64,000 nt of DNA from Hormoscilla sp. Its GTDB lineage: Bacteria > Cyanobacteriota > Cyanobacteriia > Cyanobacteriales > Desertifilaceae. Location: NCBI GenBank assembly GCA_051439505.1, contig JBFRWI010000145.1, positions 1 to 64,000 on the forward strand. Reading direction: 5' to 3'. Both the position numbers and the translations under genes were made by a program. The notes beneath the pieces were generated by a model that worked only from the letters and a program-made list of their open reading frames with translations, was not told the origin of the DNA and did no database searches. Positions 10,248 through 21,157 of the stretch are shown here, piece by piece (within the stretch, counting starts at the first letter, position 1; every line of letters starts with the position of its first letter).

Positions 10248-10573
10248 TTTACGAAAATAGAATCTATGGGCGATGTCTCCACGGCGCTAGAAGCACTACT
10301 GGTGGAAATATCGAACGGTCAAAAAGTCGAACAACCCAAACCGAAACCCGCAGTAACTGTTCCATCACCCAAACCCGGTCGGTGTAGCGCAAACCGAAAG
10401 CAATACTGTGGACTTGCGGGGGAGTCGGGTGGCAGAGGCACCAGGCCGTCGAACGAAGATGCGATCGGGGTACTGGTGCCCTGTGGATTATTCACAGGCT
10501 TTGGCACGGGTAAGTTGAGTTAGCCCAGCAAAATAGCGGTGGCACGGGCGTCACCATCGCCTATTTTAAGTAG
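10248..10573 (+). pseudogene. Degenerate duplicate of the mutS2 3' end (Smr region)
   Basis: Aligns by eye to about 8196-8543 (e.g. GCAAACCGAAAGCAATAC.GTGGACTTGCGGGGGAGTCGGGTGGCAGA; TTAGCCCAGCAAAATAGCGG...GCCTATTT.AA.TA.), with indels. Confidence 0.9.
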
Positions 10574-10648
10574 CGGGAACTAACTCCTAACCATCGCTGG
10601 CTTTTGGGAATTTCGATCTATATAAACTCCTTCACTTCCCGTCTGATT

Positions 10649-12691
10649 TTACCCCTGGAGGGGTAACTTCGTAGGCAAGAGAAGTTGACGCTCATTTTGC
10701 TCGAAATCAGCAGGTTCTTCAGTTAACAGCACCTCACGAATAAAACGGGCCACGACTCTTTGAGCCAAACCACTAGCAATTTGCTGACCCATATCTTGAG
10801 TTTCCCGCTTCATCAACAGCTCCGGAATCAAAGGTAAAATCTTCATCGGGTCAAAGCCACGAGTTTCCTGAAGAATGCCCCAAATTCGCCCGATATGCTC
10901 CATACTTTTCTGCTCCAGCGTCTCAGTTATTGTTGCAGCAGGGGGTTTATGACCATTCAGACCCACCCGTTGGCGCAGTTGAGAAGTGACGTTAGCAAAG
11001 GTATTGCGACCGAGAGTATCTACCCCTTTGATAATCTCATCAACCAGGCGATCGCGAATAAAAGCCCCCCGTGGAGAGAACAAAAAGTCGATCGTCTGAT
11101 TCAGGACCAGATCCAGGTCATAATCTTGACTATTACGAGCATTACGCAACAAATTCTCCAAACGATTCCAGCGGAAACTGCCATCCTTAAACAATAGATC
11201 CCGCAAAGAAGCCCGTAACTCGGGAGCCGGATCTGTCAACAGCCGCTTAGCTACATAAGGATAAGCTTTACTCAGCACCTTAAAATTCGGATCGACATTA
11301 ATCGCAATTCCCTCTAGAGTGACCAGAGAGCGAATAATCAGAGCATAGTAAGCAGGCACCCGGAAAGGATACTCATACATCAGAGCCGATAGCCGGTCAG
11401 TAATGCTCTTAAAATTCAGCTCCGCCACGCTAGCACCCAAAGCATTATTAAACACATTCTCCAGGGCCGGAATAATCGGCGACAGGTCAGTATCGGGCGA
11501 TAAAAACTCCAGATTTACATAATCATTCGCCAAACCCTCAAAATCCCGGTTCACCAGATGGACCACAGCTTCAATCAGTCCATAACGCTGGTAATTCTTC
11601 ACCTGGCTCATCATGCCAAAATCCAGGTAAACTAACTTCCCATCCGGCGATGCCAACAGATTGCCCGGATGGGGATCCGCGTGAAAAAACCCATGTTCGA
11701 GCAGTTGCCGCAAAGAACAATTCACCCCAACCTCAATCAAATGACGGGCATCCAGACCTTGGGCCGCGATCTCCTCCAACTTAGTTAATTTAGTACCAGT
11801 CACCCACTCCATCGTCAGCACCCGACGGCCAGTATATTCCCAGTAGATCCGGGGCACGTAAATATCTTGAAGATGGCCGTACAGTTCGGCGAACCGTTCC
11901 GCATTCCGTCCTTCCTGGGTGTAGTTCATTTCCTCATAGATGCGAGCCCCAAATTCATCCGCGATCGCCACCAAGTCGCTACGCACCCGTTTAATATTCT
12001 TTTTCGCCCAATCCGCCAAGCTGCGTAATATATATAGATCTAAGGAGATTACTTCCTCCAAGTCCGGTCGCTGTACCTTCACCGCCACAGTCTCGCCAGT
12101 TTTCAGCTTTCCCTTATATACCTGTCCCAAAGAGGCCGCCGCTACTGGATCCGGGCTTAGTTCCCCATACAGATTTTCCGGGCGATCGCCCAACTCTTCC
12201 TCTATAAACCGGTAAGCCACCTGATTTGGGAACGGCGGCAACTGGTCCTGCAATTTCGTCAATTCTTCCAGATAAACCGGCGGTATCAAATCCGGTCTCG
12301 TCGATAGGGCCTGTCCCACCTTAATGTAAGCTGGGCCCAACCAGGTAAGCATCTCCCGCAACTGGACCGCCCGTTTCGCTTCATTTTTTTCCCTCCGACC
12401 CCCATACTGGTCCCACCACAAGCCGGTCGCAAACCAGATCAATGGCCAGACAATTCTCAAACATCTCCCCCACACCGCCAGAGGCCGGTTGCGGTACTTG
12501 GCCATCAACTGCACCGGATTGTAATGGACGATCTCCATTTCCAGTTCCGCTGGGAAGCGATGCACCGGTGCCATAGCTTCCCGATGGTTTCTTGTGACTA
12601 AATCCCTTTGACGGGTTATACTCGTAGACACATGTGTGGGTGAACCGGAGATCGCCGGGGCGTCTGTTCGTGATGGCTTTGTCGCATTCAT
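10649..12691 (-). CDS. ABC1/AarF/UbiB family atypical kinase
   Basis: IKVGQALSTRPD, AAASLGQVY, VAVKVQRP, FFHADPHPGN, DFGM motifs; ATG 12691 preferred as start. Confidence 0.92.
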   Translation of the reverse strand: MNATKPSRTDAPAISGSPTHVSTSITRQRDLVTRNHREAMAPVHRFPAELEMEIVHYNPVQLMAKYRNRPLAVWGRCLRIVWPLIWFATGLWWDQYGGRREKNEAKRAVQLREMLTWLGPAYIKVGQALSTRPDLIPPVYLEELTKLQDQLPPFPNQVAYRFIEEELGDRPENLYGELSPDPVAAASLGQVYKGKLKTGETVAVKVQRPDLEEVISLDLYILRSLADWAKKNIKRVRSDLVAIADEFGARIYEEMNYTQEGRNAERFAELYGHLQDIYVPRIYWEYTGRRVLTMEWVTGTKLTKLEEIAAQGLDARHLIEVGVNCSLRQLLEHGFFHADPHPGNLLASPDGKLVYLDFGMMSQVKNYQRYGLIEAVVHLVNRDFEGLANDYVNLEFLSPDTDLSPIIPALENVFNNALGASVAELNFKSITDRLSALMYEYPFRVPAYYALIIRSLVTLEGIAINVDPNFKVLSKAYPYVAKRLLTDPAPELRASLRDLLFKDGSFRWNRLENLLRNARNSQDYDLDLVLNQTIDFLFSPRGAFIRDRLVDEIIKGVDTLGRNTFANVTSQLRQRVGLNGHKPPAATITETLEQKSMEHIGRIWGILQETRGFDPMKILPLIPELLMKRETQDMGQQIASGLAQRVVARFIREVLLTEEPADFEQNERQLLLPTKLPLQG

Positions 12692-12719
12692 GGGATATTT
12701 ATCTACTCTGCCAGCTACA

Positions 12720-12737
12720 ATTGTTAACAATTGTAAC
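12720..12737 (-). promoter_or_regulatory. HLR1-like (RpaB) direct repeat
   Basis: Minus strand GTTACAAT-TG-TTAACAAT matches (G/T)TTACA(T/A)(T/A)-N2 repeat with one mismatch; lies in the divergent ABC1/recN intergenic region. Confidence 0.5.
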
Positions 12738-12975
12738 AATTTGCTAATGTTCGAGACAATTGTGCGCTTAACTTTTTCTTCAACTTTGGTATGGGAGCGT
12801 CAATTATTGGTCGCTCAGGGACGAAATTCACGTGACTATTGGCGAATATGTGGTATAACGTCAAAAGCGGGCTAGATCCAATCGAACTACCGACCGCGAA
12901 TAGTTTCACGCTACCAATCGCCGTCCGATTTTGAAGGAACGCCTGGACCGTGGGAAAATTGACATGAGCGAATCC

Positions 12976-14721
12976 ATGCTGGTCGGACTGCGGATAGAAA
13001 ACTTTGCTCTGATAGATAGTCTCGATTTGCAATTTGGCGCCGGCATGACAGTGCTCACAGGAGAAACAGGCGCGGGCAAGTCAATCATATTAGAAGCAAT
13101 AGATGCAGCATTAGGAGGAAAAGTCAGCAGTAGATCGATCCGTGCGGGTGCCGCACGCTCAGTAGTGGAAGCAACATTTGAACTGGATGGCAAGGGGATC
13201 CAATGGCTGCAAGAGCAAGAGATAGAACCGCTAGATGGGTTGTTCTTAGTCTGTAGCCGAGAACTGACCAATAATGGAGAAAACCGGCGATCGCGTTGGC
13301 GATCGCGACTGAATGGCATAGTAGTAAACCGGCAGCAGATGGAGCAATTGCGCTCTCATCTGGTAGAAATCACAGCTCAAGGTCAAACAGTACAGCTGGG
13401 GCAACCGGCACTCCAGCGGGAATTGCTGGATGCCTACGGGGGCCCCGCAGTGCTGTCAAGGCGCGATGCGGTGGCCTCTGCCTTTGATGCTTGCCAAAAA
13501 GCTTGCCAGACTCTAGAACAGCGGCGGACATCAGAGCAGCTGCGGCTACAAAGAATAGATCAGCTAGAATACCAACTACAGGAACTAACAGCCGCCAACC
13601 TAGAGGAGGCCGACGAATTGGAGGTGCTAGAAAAAGAAAGCCAGCGATTAGCTCATAGCGTAGAATTGCAACAGCAGAGCTATCAGGTATATCAAGCAAT
13701 ATACCAAAACGATCGGGACGAGCAGGCAGCAGCAGACTTGCTGGGGAAAGCCGAGAGAATAATGTCCGAGATGATCGGCTACGATCGGGAACTGCAAGGG
13801 ATTCTAGAAATGGTTTCTCAGGCCCATATTCAAGTGACCGAGGCAGGCAGACAGCTGTTCTCCTATAGCGCGGCCCTGGAAAGCGACCCCCTTCGACTAG
13901 AAGAAATCCAAGGGAGAATACAGCAACTCAAGCTGATAGCCCGTAAGTATGGACCCACATTAGCAGAGGCGATCGCCCATACAGCGAGCATTTCGGACGA
14001 GCTAGAAGAACTCATGAGTGAGAGTATTACCCTGGAGGAGCTAGAAAAAAGCGTCGCCGGGGCGCTGCTTTACCTGAATGATGCCTGCTCAAAGCTACAC
14101 ATCCAGCGGCGAGCAGCAGCAGATCGATTAGAAACCCATCTAGTAGAACAGCTCAAACCCTTAGCAATGGAAAAAGTCCAGTTTAAGGTAACTTTAAGAC
14201 CAACTCCCCCCAGCACCACCGGATCCGATCGGGTCGTATTTGAGTTCAGTTCCAACCCAGGAGAACCCTTACAACCCTTAGCAGCAACAGCCTCTGGAGG
14301 TGAAATGAGCCGTTTTCTCCTAGCCCTGAAAGCCTGCTTTTCCCAGGTAGACAGTGGTGCTGGTACGCTCCTGTTCGATGAAATAGATGCGGGAGTTTCC
14401 GGTCGAGTCGCAGGGGCGATCGCCTCCAAACTGCATCAACTATCTCAACGGCACCAAGTCCTTTGTGTCACCCACCAACCCATTGTGGCAGCCATGGCCG
14501 ACCATCACTACCACGTCAATAAAGAAGTCATACACCAGCAGACATCGGCAGAACGCACCGTTGTGAGAGTCAAAGAACTCGACAACCAGCAGCGCTGCAC
14601 CGAACTGGCACAGCTGACTGGGGGACAATCAGCCACTCAAGCCTATGCTTTTGCCGAATCTCTCCTAGCTGAAGCGGCCAAATTGCGTCAAGCGAGCAGT
14701 TTAACCCCAGGCAGAGTGTGA
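12976..14721 (+). CDS. recN: DNA repair protein RecN
   Basis: LRIENFALI, TGETGAGKS, ASGGEMSR, LLFDEIDAGVSG, QVLCVTHQP. Confidence 0.95.
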   Translation: MLVGLRIENFALIDSLDLQFGAGMTVLTGETGAGKSIILEAIDAALGGKVSSRSIRAGAARSVVEATFELDGKGIQWLQEQEIEPLDGLFLVCSRELTNNGENRRSRWRSRLNGIVVNRQQMEQLRSHLVEITAQGQTVQLGQPALQRELLDAYGGPAVLSRRDAVASAFDACQKACQTLEQRRTSEQLRLQRIDQLEYQLQELTAANLEEADELEVLEKESQRLAHSVELQQQSYQVYQAIYQNDRDEQAAADLLGKAERIMSEMIGYDRELQGILEMVSQAHIQVTEAGRQLFSYSAALESDPLRLEEIQGRIQQLKLIARKYGPTLAEAIAHTASISDELEELMSESITLEELEKSVAGALLYLNDACSKLHIQRRAAADRLETHLVEQLKPLAMEKVQFKVTLRPTPPSTTGSDRVVFEFSSNPGEPLQPLAATASGGEMSRFLLALKACFSQVDSGAGTLLFDEIDAGVSGRVAGAIASKLHQLSQRHQVLCVTHQPIVAAMADHHYHVNKEVIHQQTSAERTVVRVKELDNQQRCTELAQLTGGQSATQAYAFAESLLAEAAKLRQASSLTPGRV

Positions 14722-15028
14722 TGTTTGCCCCCATGAGAGCACCACCAGGCTGCCAACTCCCCCGGGGCGATCGCGCCGCAAGCTCAATTGCATCAACAGT
14801 CTGCTCTTGCTAAAACTGGTAAAATACAACACATAAATATGGTTAATAGTCCTCATCAGCATCGTTATTTATCCAGAGCGAGCGAAAATCGCACTATTAC
14901 CCATGCTCAAATAACTTTTACAGAGTAAACTAAGGAAGAGTCTGTCATCTGTCAGCTCATCCACTCTTGAGAAGTGATAAATTTGTCTATTAATGACATC
15001 AATTGACAAATAGCCGTTAATCAAAGCC

Positions 15029-18000
15029 TTGGTGACATCTATGAAAGCTTCACCTCAGCATCAGCAGACTTTGGACGCCACTGCCACTGTAATAATCGAT
15101 GATGATACTCCCAAACAGGATAATAACCACCATCACGCTCCCGAAGACCGACAACAGGCAACTGCCACTGTCAGAGAAAGGGACGAGCGTCTGGAAGAAA
15201 ACACACCTACAAATACAACAGCGCCTCCAAAAGCATCCTCTGGGAGTGCATTAGTCACGGCTAAGGGCAGTTTCTCAGAATTTCTGGCCCCGCTGAAAAA
15301 GGACACCTTTAAACAAGTCGTCACCGATGTAGAAGAAAAACTAAAAACGGTCAATCAGACCCTGTCGATGCTGGACAACCTGCTGGACAACCAGGGGTTT
15401 GATGCCATTCTGGATGAGATGCTGCGTTCCATCACCCTGAAAACGGGAGAACTGCTCAATACAGATCGCAGCAGTATTTTTCTGTTCGATGAAGAAAAAA
15501 ATGAACTATTTACTATAGTAGCCAAGGATGACAATGGGAACGCTCTAGAAATTAGAATTCCAGCAGATAAAGGGATTGCCGGAGAAGTGGCCAGCTGGAA
15601 AAAGGTAGTCAATATCCCCTATGACTTTTATGACGATCCCCGTTCGGTAGCGGCCAAGGAATTTGACAAAAAAAATAACTACCGCACCTACACGATGCTA
15701 GCGATGCCCCTGTTGAATGAGGAAACAGGTGAGTTGGTGGCGGTTGTGCAACTGATTAATAAATTAAAGCATGATAGCGATCCATACGCTGACTTAGCAG
15801 AAAAAATAGATATAGAGGGGTTTACATCAGAAGACGAACAAGTATTTAGAGAATTTGCCCCATCCATTCGCCTAATACTGGAGTCCTCTAAGTCATTCTA
15901 TGCGGCAACCCAGAAACAAAGGGCGGCAGCAGCCCTGATGAACGCGGTAAACTCCCTGTCCAAGAGCAGTTTGGACTTGGAAGACACCCTGAAAAAGGTG
16001 ATGGATCAGGCCAGGGAACTGATGAATGCCGATCGCAGCACCCTGTGGCTAATAGACCAGGAAAAAGATGAGCTGTGGACGAAAATCCCGATCGCGGGTG
16101 AGTTGAGAGAAATCCGCATCCCCAGGACAGCAGGGTTCGCAGGCATGGTGGCCCAATCTCATCAGCATCTGCTGATTCCCTTTGACCTATATGAAGATCC
16201 CCGTTCGGAAACTTCCAAACAAACGGATCAGAAGACAGGTTATCGTACTTGCAGCATGCTGTGCATGCCCGTGTTTAACGCTGATGACGAGTTGATCGGG
16301 GTGACGCAGTTAATCAACAAGAAGAAACAGGGAGACTACCCGCCCTATGACCCAAAGGATTGGCCCAAAGCCCCGGAACAGTGGAAAGCGAGCTTTAATC
16401 GTTCCGACCAAGAATTCATGCAGGCGTTTAACATTCAAGCTGGTGTAGCCCTGCAAAATGCCAAGCTGTTTGCCGAAGTGAAGCAGCAGGAACAAATGCA
16501 GAAGGATATCCTGCGGAGCTTGACCAACGGAGTGATCTCCACGGATAAAAAGGGTATCGTCATGGCCGCCAACGAATCGGCCAAAGAATTGCTAGGGTAT
16601 GACTCCAAGGAGGTCATAGAGGGTAAGTTGATGCGGGATTTGCTGAAACTCAAGGAAGGGGATTTTGGCAAATGGTTCGACGCGGCACTCTCACCCCTAG
16701 ATGAAAAAGACCGGCAACAGTATTACCCAGATCAAACTTTGTTGTCTAAAGACAACCAACAGCAGAGCATAAATCTGTCGATTAACTCGATGTCCGATGC
16801 CAGCGACCCCAGCAAGGTAAACGGGGCCTTGGTGGTCATGGAAGACATCTCCGATGAGAAGCAGGTCAAAAATCTGATGTATCGTTACATGACGCCGGAA
16901 GTGGCAGAGGCTTTGCTAGCCAGTGGCGATACGGGCTTGGGGGGCAAGCGCAAGCATGTCTCGGTGCTGTTTTCAGATATTCGCAGCTATACCACATTAA
17001 CGGAAAAAATGCAAGCCGAAGAAGTGGTGGTGATGCTAAACACCTATTTTGAAGAGATGGTGGACGCGGTGCTGCACTACGGAGGTACTCTAGATAAATA
17101 TATAGGCGACGCTCTGATGGCCGTGTTTGGTTCGCCAGCACCCCTCAACGATCATGGTTGGTATGCGATCCAAACGGCGATCGCCATGCGCCAGCGATTG
17201 GAGAAATTCAATGAGACTCGCATTGCCGAGGGTAAGATGGCGATCAGCATTGGCATCGGCATCCATTCTGATGAAGTCGTAAGTGGTAATATTGGCTCCA
17301 GCAAACGCATGGAACTGACTTCTATTGGTGACGGTGTCAATCTGGCCTCTCGTCTGGAAGGAACGAGCAAGCAATATGGCACGGATATAGTCATCAGCGA
17401 AAATACTTACAAGCCCTATGCAAGGCGGCTGATAGTCAGGGAGCTGGACTTTATTACGGTGAAGGGAAAAAGCGAACCTGTGAGAATCTATGAACTGGTG
17501 GGTATCCAGGCAGGGAGAAGCAAGCTAGCTCGACCGATTTCAAATGCACAGCAGAAGATCATCGATCACTATCACAAAGGGCGCGAGTATTACCTGCAAC
17601 CGGCACAGGAAAAATTATCCTCAGAGGATACGATCTTCCTGTTAGAGCAGCTCGAAGAGATGTCAGAGTCGGAGGTCAAGAACATTTCCTATGATAAGGA
17701 GCGGATGTTACGGGAGCTGATAGAGCAGCTGCCATTAGATGAAATCGAGAAAATATTAGGGGCCAACGCCATCGGACGGCTGTCATTAGAGGAACTCAAA
17801 CAGATACCTTCTGAAGAAGCCCAAGAGTTATTGGCAGCTACGGTGAAAAAACTCACCCCCCGGGAGGTCAAGAAGCTGTTCGCATCTAAACTCAGGCAGT
17901 TCTGCGCCAAAGAAGCAGAACAACAGATGTTAGAGGATGAGGCCAAGGAAATGTCGCTACCTCAGATCGCCAAACTGATCGATCTAGCCAAGCAAAAGTT

Positions 18001-18172
18001 TGAAGCGAAGGCGAAACAGGCGTTTGGGAACGCTCAGGGTGAGTTTCAAGCGGTTTTGAACATCGATCCGAAGAACAAGGCGGCTAAATTACACATACAG
18101 CGTTGTATGTTGTTTGAAGACCAACCACCCAATGAAACTTGGGATGGAGTCTGGAAGCTGACGGAAAAATAG
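15029..18172 (+). CDS. cyaB: GAF-GAF-PAS class III adenylate cyclase (CyaB-type)
   Basis: Two GAF domains (QLINK motifs), PAS, catalytic FSDIRSYT / DKYIGDALMAVFG / GDGVNLASRLE, terminal WDGVW. Confidence 0.88.
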   Translation: MVTSMKASPQHQQTLDATATVIIDDDTPKQDNNHHHAPEDRQQATATVRERDERLEENTPTNTTAPPKASSGSALVTAKGSFSEFLAPLKKDTFKQVVTDVEEKLKTVNQTLSMLDNLLDNQGFDAILDEMLRSITLKTGELLNTDRSSIFLFDEEKNELFTIVAKDDNGNALEIRIPADKGIAGEVASWKKVVNIPYDFYDDPRSVAAKEFDKKNNYRTYTMLAMPLLNEETGELVAVVQLINKLKHDSDPYADLAEKIDIEGFTSEDEQVFREFAPSIRLILESSKSFYAATQKQRAAAALMNAVNSLSKSSLDLEDTLKKVMDQARELMNADRSTLWLIDQEKDELWTKIPIAGELREIRIPRTAGFAGMVAQSHQHLLIPFDLYEDPRSETSKQTDQKTGYRTCSMLCMPVFNADDELIGVTQLINKKKQGDYPPYDPKDWPKAPEQWKASFNRSDQEFMQAFNIQAGVALQNAKLFAEVKQQEQMQKDILRSLTNGVISTDKKGIVMAANESAKELLGYDSKEVIEGKLMRDLLKLKEGDFGKWFDAALSPLDEKDRQQYYPDQTLLSKDNQQQSINLSINSMSDASDPSKVNGALVVMEDISDEKQVKNLMYRYMTPEVAEALLASGDTGLGGKRKHVSVLFSDIRSYTTLTEKMQAEEVVVMLNTYFEEMVDAVLHYGGTLDKYIGDALMAVFGSPAPLNDHGWYAIQTAIAMRQRLEKFNETRIAEGKMAISIGIGIHSDEVVSGNIGSSKRMELTSIGDGVNLASRLEGTSKQYGTDIVISENTYKPYARRLIVRELDFITVKGKSEPVRIYELVGIQAGRSKLARPISNAQQKIIDHYHKGREYYLQPAQEKLSSEDTIFLLEQLEEMSESEVKNISYDKERMLRELIEQLPLDEIEKILGANAIGRLSLEELKQIPSEEAQELLAATVKKLTPREVKKLFASKLRQFCAKEAEQQMLEDEAKEMSLPQIAKLIDLAKQKFEAKAKQAFGNAQGEFQAVLNIDPKNKAAKLHIQRCMLFEDQPPNETWDGVWKLTEK

Positions 18173-18534
18173 TGCTGGCGATCGAGAGGCTGGGTCAGGT
18201 CGTTACACAGCAATCGCGTGAATTGATCTGTTTGCGGTCGCTGTGGAAAAACAGCGTATACCAAGAAGGGATGCTCACTCACGGGACTATCTGGGACTTC
18301 CAGGCCGTTCATCTGTAGCAATCTTGTTTAAGATGGTAATATAAGCAGATTTAATGAATCTTTTTGGTTCTGGAGTCCGCGGACTGTCGCTGTGGAGTCC
18401 GGCTGGATAGCCAGTCCCAAAAAACGGCAGTGCAACTGTAGCCCTTAGATGGGCAGCTGCAAAAAGTTACTCTTTAGTCGGGAAAAGTTACCTAATATCC
18501 TAGTCTTAGATATTGAAAACTACTAGCTTGAAAA

Positions 18535-19173
18535 ATGAATGACAATCTGTTGCAGTACGAAGAGAGAGAGTGGGTAGAGCAGGTGATTCAACTGTTGCGG
18601 GATATCGCTCGTGCGGGTCTGTCCGATCTGCCTAAACTACCAGAAAATATCTCTATCAGAGCTATACCACTAGCGAAAAAGGCAAAGAGCATCCAAGAGG
18701 AAGGTAACGGCCAAAGTGGTGCCGATGCTTGCCAGTCCCCAGAGATGGAGTGGGTAGAGCAGGTGATCTCCCTGTTGAGCGAGCTAAGTCGCATTTCTTT
18801 GTCCGATCGCCCCAAGCTACCAGACGCTATATCTCACAAGGCTCTGGAGCTGGCTAAACAGGGACAGAAAATCAAGGAAGCTTCCTTGGGACCGAAAGAG
18901 GAAACTGTCTACCAGCCAATAGAGGAAAGAACCCAAAGGACCGATCCATCTCAATCAGAGGCTCTTGGGAAGCAAGATGAGGAAAAACCAATAGAAGACA
19001 TCCCAGCTGACATAACAGCTAATCCCTCTCAAGCTCCAGGCCAATTGCTGGATCTCCTGGCATCCAGCCTGAAAATAGAATGGGCCAACAGCAAGCATCC
19101 TGATGCACCAGAATGGCAGCAATTGATCAATCTGCTGGATATCGCCAAGGGACTTTACCAACGAACCAAGTGA
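18535..19173 (+). CDS. Hypothetical helical protein with internal duplication
   Basis: 212 aa; EWVEQVI.LL...R..LSD.PKLP..IS..A..LA occurs twice. Confidence 0.7.
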   Translation: MNDNLLQYEEREWVEQVIQLLRDIARAGLSDLPKLPENISIRAIPLAKKAKSIQEEGNGQSGADACQSPEMEWVEQVISLLSELSRISLSDRPKLPDAISHKALELAKQGQKIKEASLGPKEETVYQPIEERTQRTDPSQSEALGKQDEEKPIEDIPADITANPSQAPGQLLDLLASSLKIEWANSKHPDAPEWQQLINLLDIAKGLYQRTK

Positions 19174-19240
19174 CTGGTGACTGGTGACTGGTGACTGGTG
19201 ACTGGTGACTGGTGATTGGTGACTGGTGACTGGTGACTGG
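19170..19240. repeat. Heptamer short tandem repeat (GTGACTG)~10
   Basis: Directly visible. Confidence 0.9.
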
Positions 19241-19665
19241 TGGTCAAGATGCAGTGATGTGCCGCAAGTCCTGACCACCAGATCCAGCGATTTATGAAGA
19301 GAAAGAGATATAAGGATTAAGAGATATTGAGATTGTGAGCAAAAAGACAAAATAATCGGCAGAGATAATTAAGATGAAAGGTAGAGGTAAGTAACGATCG
19401 CGAAAGCCAGTTGGTGCGAACTCCCAGGAGTAATGTTTCTAGAGGTAGGTAGTCAGTGGTCAGGGAGCGGTGGTCAGTGGTCTGGCAGATGAAAAATATA
19501 AATTGAAAATTATAATTTGGGATTGGAAGAAAATTTGGAAGAAAAAATTTATCGCTGTTAGATTTAAACGTCTTCCCTTACAATTAGCTTTGGGGTGCCA
19601 AGGATATTGATGGGCACCCTGGCTCTGACACGGGTCTGATTTTGCTGTTAGCGAGGAGTAGTAAA

Positions 19666-20181
19666 TTGGATTTATCGCGGATACCAGCCCAACCAAAACC
19701 GGGCCTACTGAATGTATTGATCGAAATCACAGCCGGAAGCAAAAATAAGTATGAGTATGATAAGGATATGCAAGCCTTGATCCTAGACCGGGTGCTTTAT
19801 GCTTCGGTACAATACCCTTACGATTACGGCTTTGTCCCCAATACCCTAGCCGACGATGGTGACCCCCTCGATGGTATGGTGATGATGGATCAGCCCACTT
19901 TCCCGGGTTGCATAATAGCGGCGCGGCCCATAGGAATGTTGGAAATGATTGACGGGGGCGATCGGGATGAAAAAATTCTCTGTGTTCCTGTAGATGACCC
20001 GCGCTATGCTGGGGTAAAATCCCTCCAAGATGTGGCACCCCATCGGTTGGATGAAATTGCCGAATTTTTCAGAACTTACAAAAATTTAGAGAAGAAAGTT
20101 ACGGAAATTCTCGGCTGGAAAGATGTATCAGAGGTGATGCCTCTGGTGGAAAAATGTATTAAGGCCGGAAAAAAACAGTAA
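19666..20181 (+). CDS. ppa: Family I inorganic pyrophosphatase
   Basis: [31 protein letters not shown] start at 19666 after GAGGAG. Confidence 0.95.
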   Translation: MDLSRIPAQPKPGLLNVLIEITAGSKNKYEYDKDMQALILDRVLYASVQYPYDYGFVPNTLADDGDPLDGMVMMDQPTFPGCIIAARPIGMLEMIDGGDRDEKILCVPVDDPRYAGVKSLQDVAPHRLDEIAEFFRTYKNLEKKVTEILGWKDVSEVMPLVEKCIKAGKKQ

Positions 20182-20206
20182 CTGACGGTAGTCTGAGCTA
20201 GCTGGG

Positions 20207-21157
20207 GTGCATACGGTTGCAACTGGCAGCTCAGATAATAAACCATCACACGCAGCATTGCCAAAATCTTCACCCATTACAGCTAAGAAAGTGACGATCG
20301 CTCCTGACAAATTTATTGTAGAGTTCTGGGGAGTCCGAGGAGAGATTCCCACCCCAGGCAGGGAGACAGTGCGCTACGGGGGGAATACATCCTGCGTGAC
20401 AATGCGGGTGGCCGATCAATTCTTGATTTTTGATGCGGGTACCGGTGTGAGAGTGCTGGGAAAGCATCTACTCGGCCAGATGCCTGTGGAAGCCCATCTA
20501 TTCTTGACTCACTGTCATTGGGACCGGATTCAAGGATTCCCGTTTTTTGTCCCGGGTTTTATTCCGATAAATCGTTTTCACATTTACGGTGCGTCGGCAG
20601 CTAATGGGACTTCGATGGAACAGCGCCTGTACGAACAGATGCTGCCGCCCAATTTTCCAGTGCCAATTGGAATTATGGGGTCGGACATGAGGTTTTATCA
20701 CCTGGAACCTGGGTCCCAACTGGCTTTAGGTGAGGTAAGAATTGAAACGGTCTGCCTCAACCCAACTAATTGTGCTACTGGCTACCGGGTGAGTTGTCAG
20801 GGAAATACGGCAGTATACGCTACGGATACATTACTGCGCCCCGATCGCTTAGATAAAGATCTGCTGCATTTAGCTCGGAATGCGGATATACTAATTTACG
20901 ATGGGACAATAGAGTCGCCAGAAGATCGATTTCAATCCTTTAACAGTGACTGGAAAGATTTTATCTGGAAAACGGGCATCGAAGTGGCAAAGAAGGCAGG
21001 GGTCCAGAAGCTAGTTATTTGTCACCACGATCCCGGCCATAACGATCTATTTCTGGAACAAATGGAAGCCAAATTAAAATCAGTCTTTAAGAATGGCTTG
21101 CTGGCCCGGGAAGGCATGAGTTTGGAAATAGGAAATGTCCCAATCTCCAATTGTTAG
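20207..21157 (+). CDS. MBL-fold metallo-hydrolase
   Basis: FWGVRG..P.PG..TVRYGGNTSC, DAGTG, THCHWDR, HHDP. Confidence 0.85.
   Translation: MHTVATGSSDNKPSHAALPKSSPITAKKVTIAPDKFIVEFWGVRGEIPTPGRETVRYGGNTSCVTMRVADQFLIFDAGTGVRVLGKHLLGQMPVEAHLFLTHCHWDRIQGFPFFVPGFIPINRFHIYGASAANGTSMEQRLYEQMLPPNFPVPIGIMGSDMRFYHLEPGSQLALGEVRIETVCLNPTNCATGYRVSCQGNTAVYATDTLLRPDRLDKDLLHLARNADILIYDGTIESPEDRFQSFNSDWKDFIWKTGIEVAKKAGVQKLVICHHDPGHNDLFLEQMEAKLKSVFKNGLLAREGMSLEIGNVPISNC

Noticed and set aside
9350..10282. Track ORFs across the repeat cluster and the N-terminal extension of 9056..9595
   Set aside because: Low-complexity translations of tandem repeats; the methyltransferase begins at ATG 9349.
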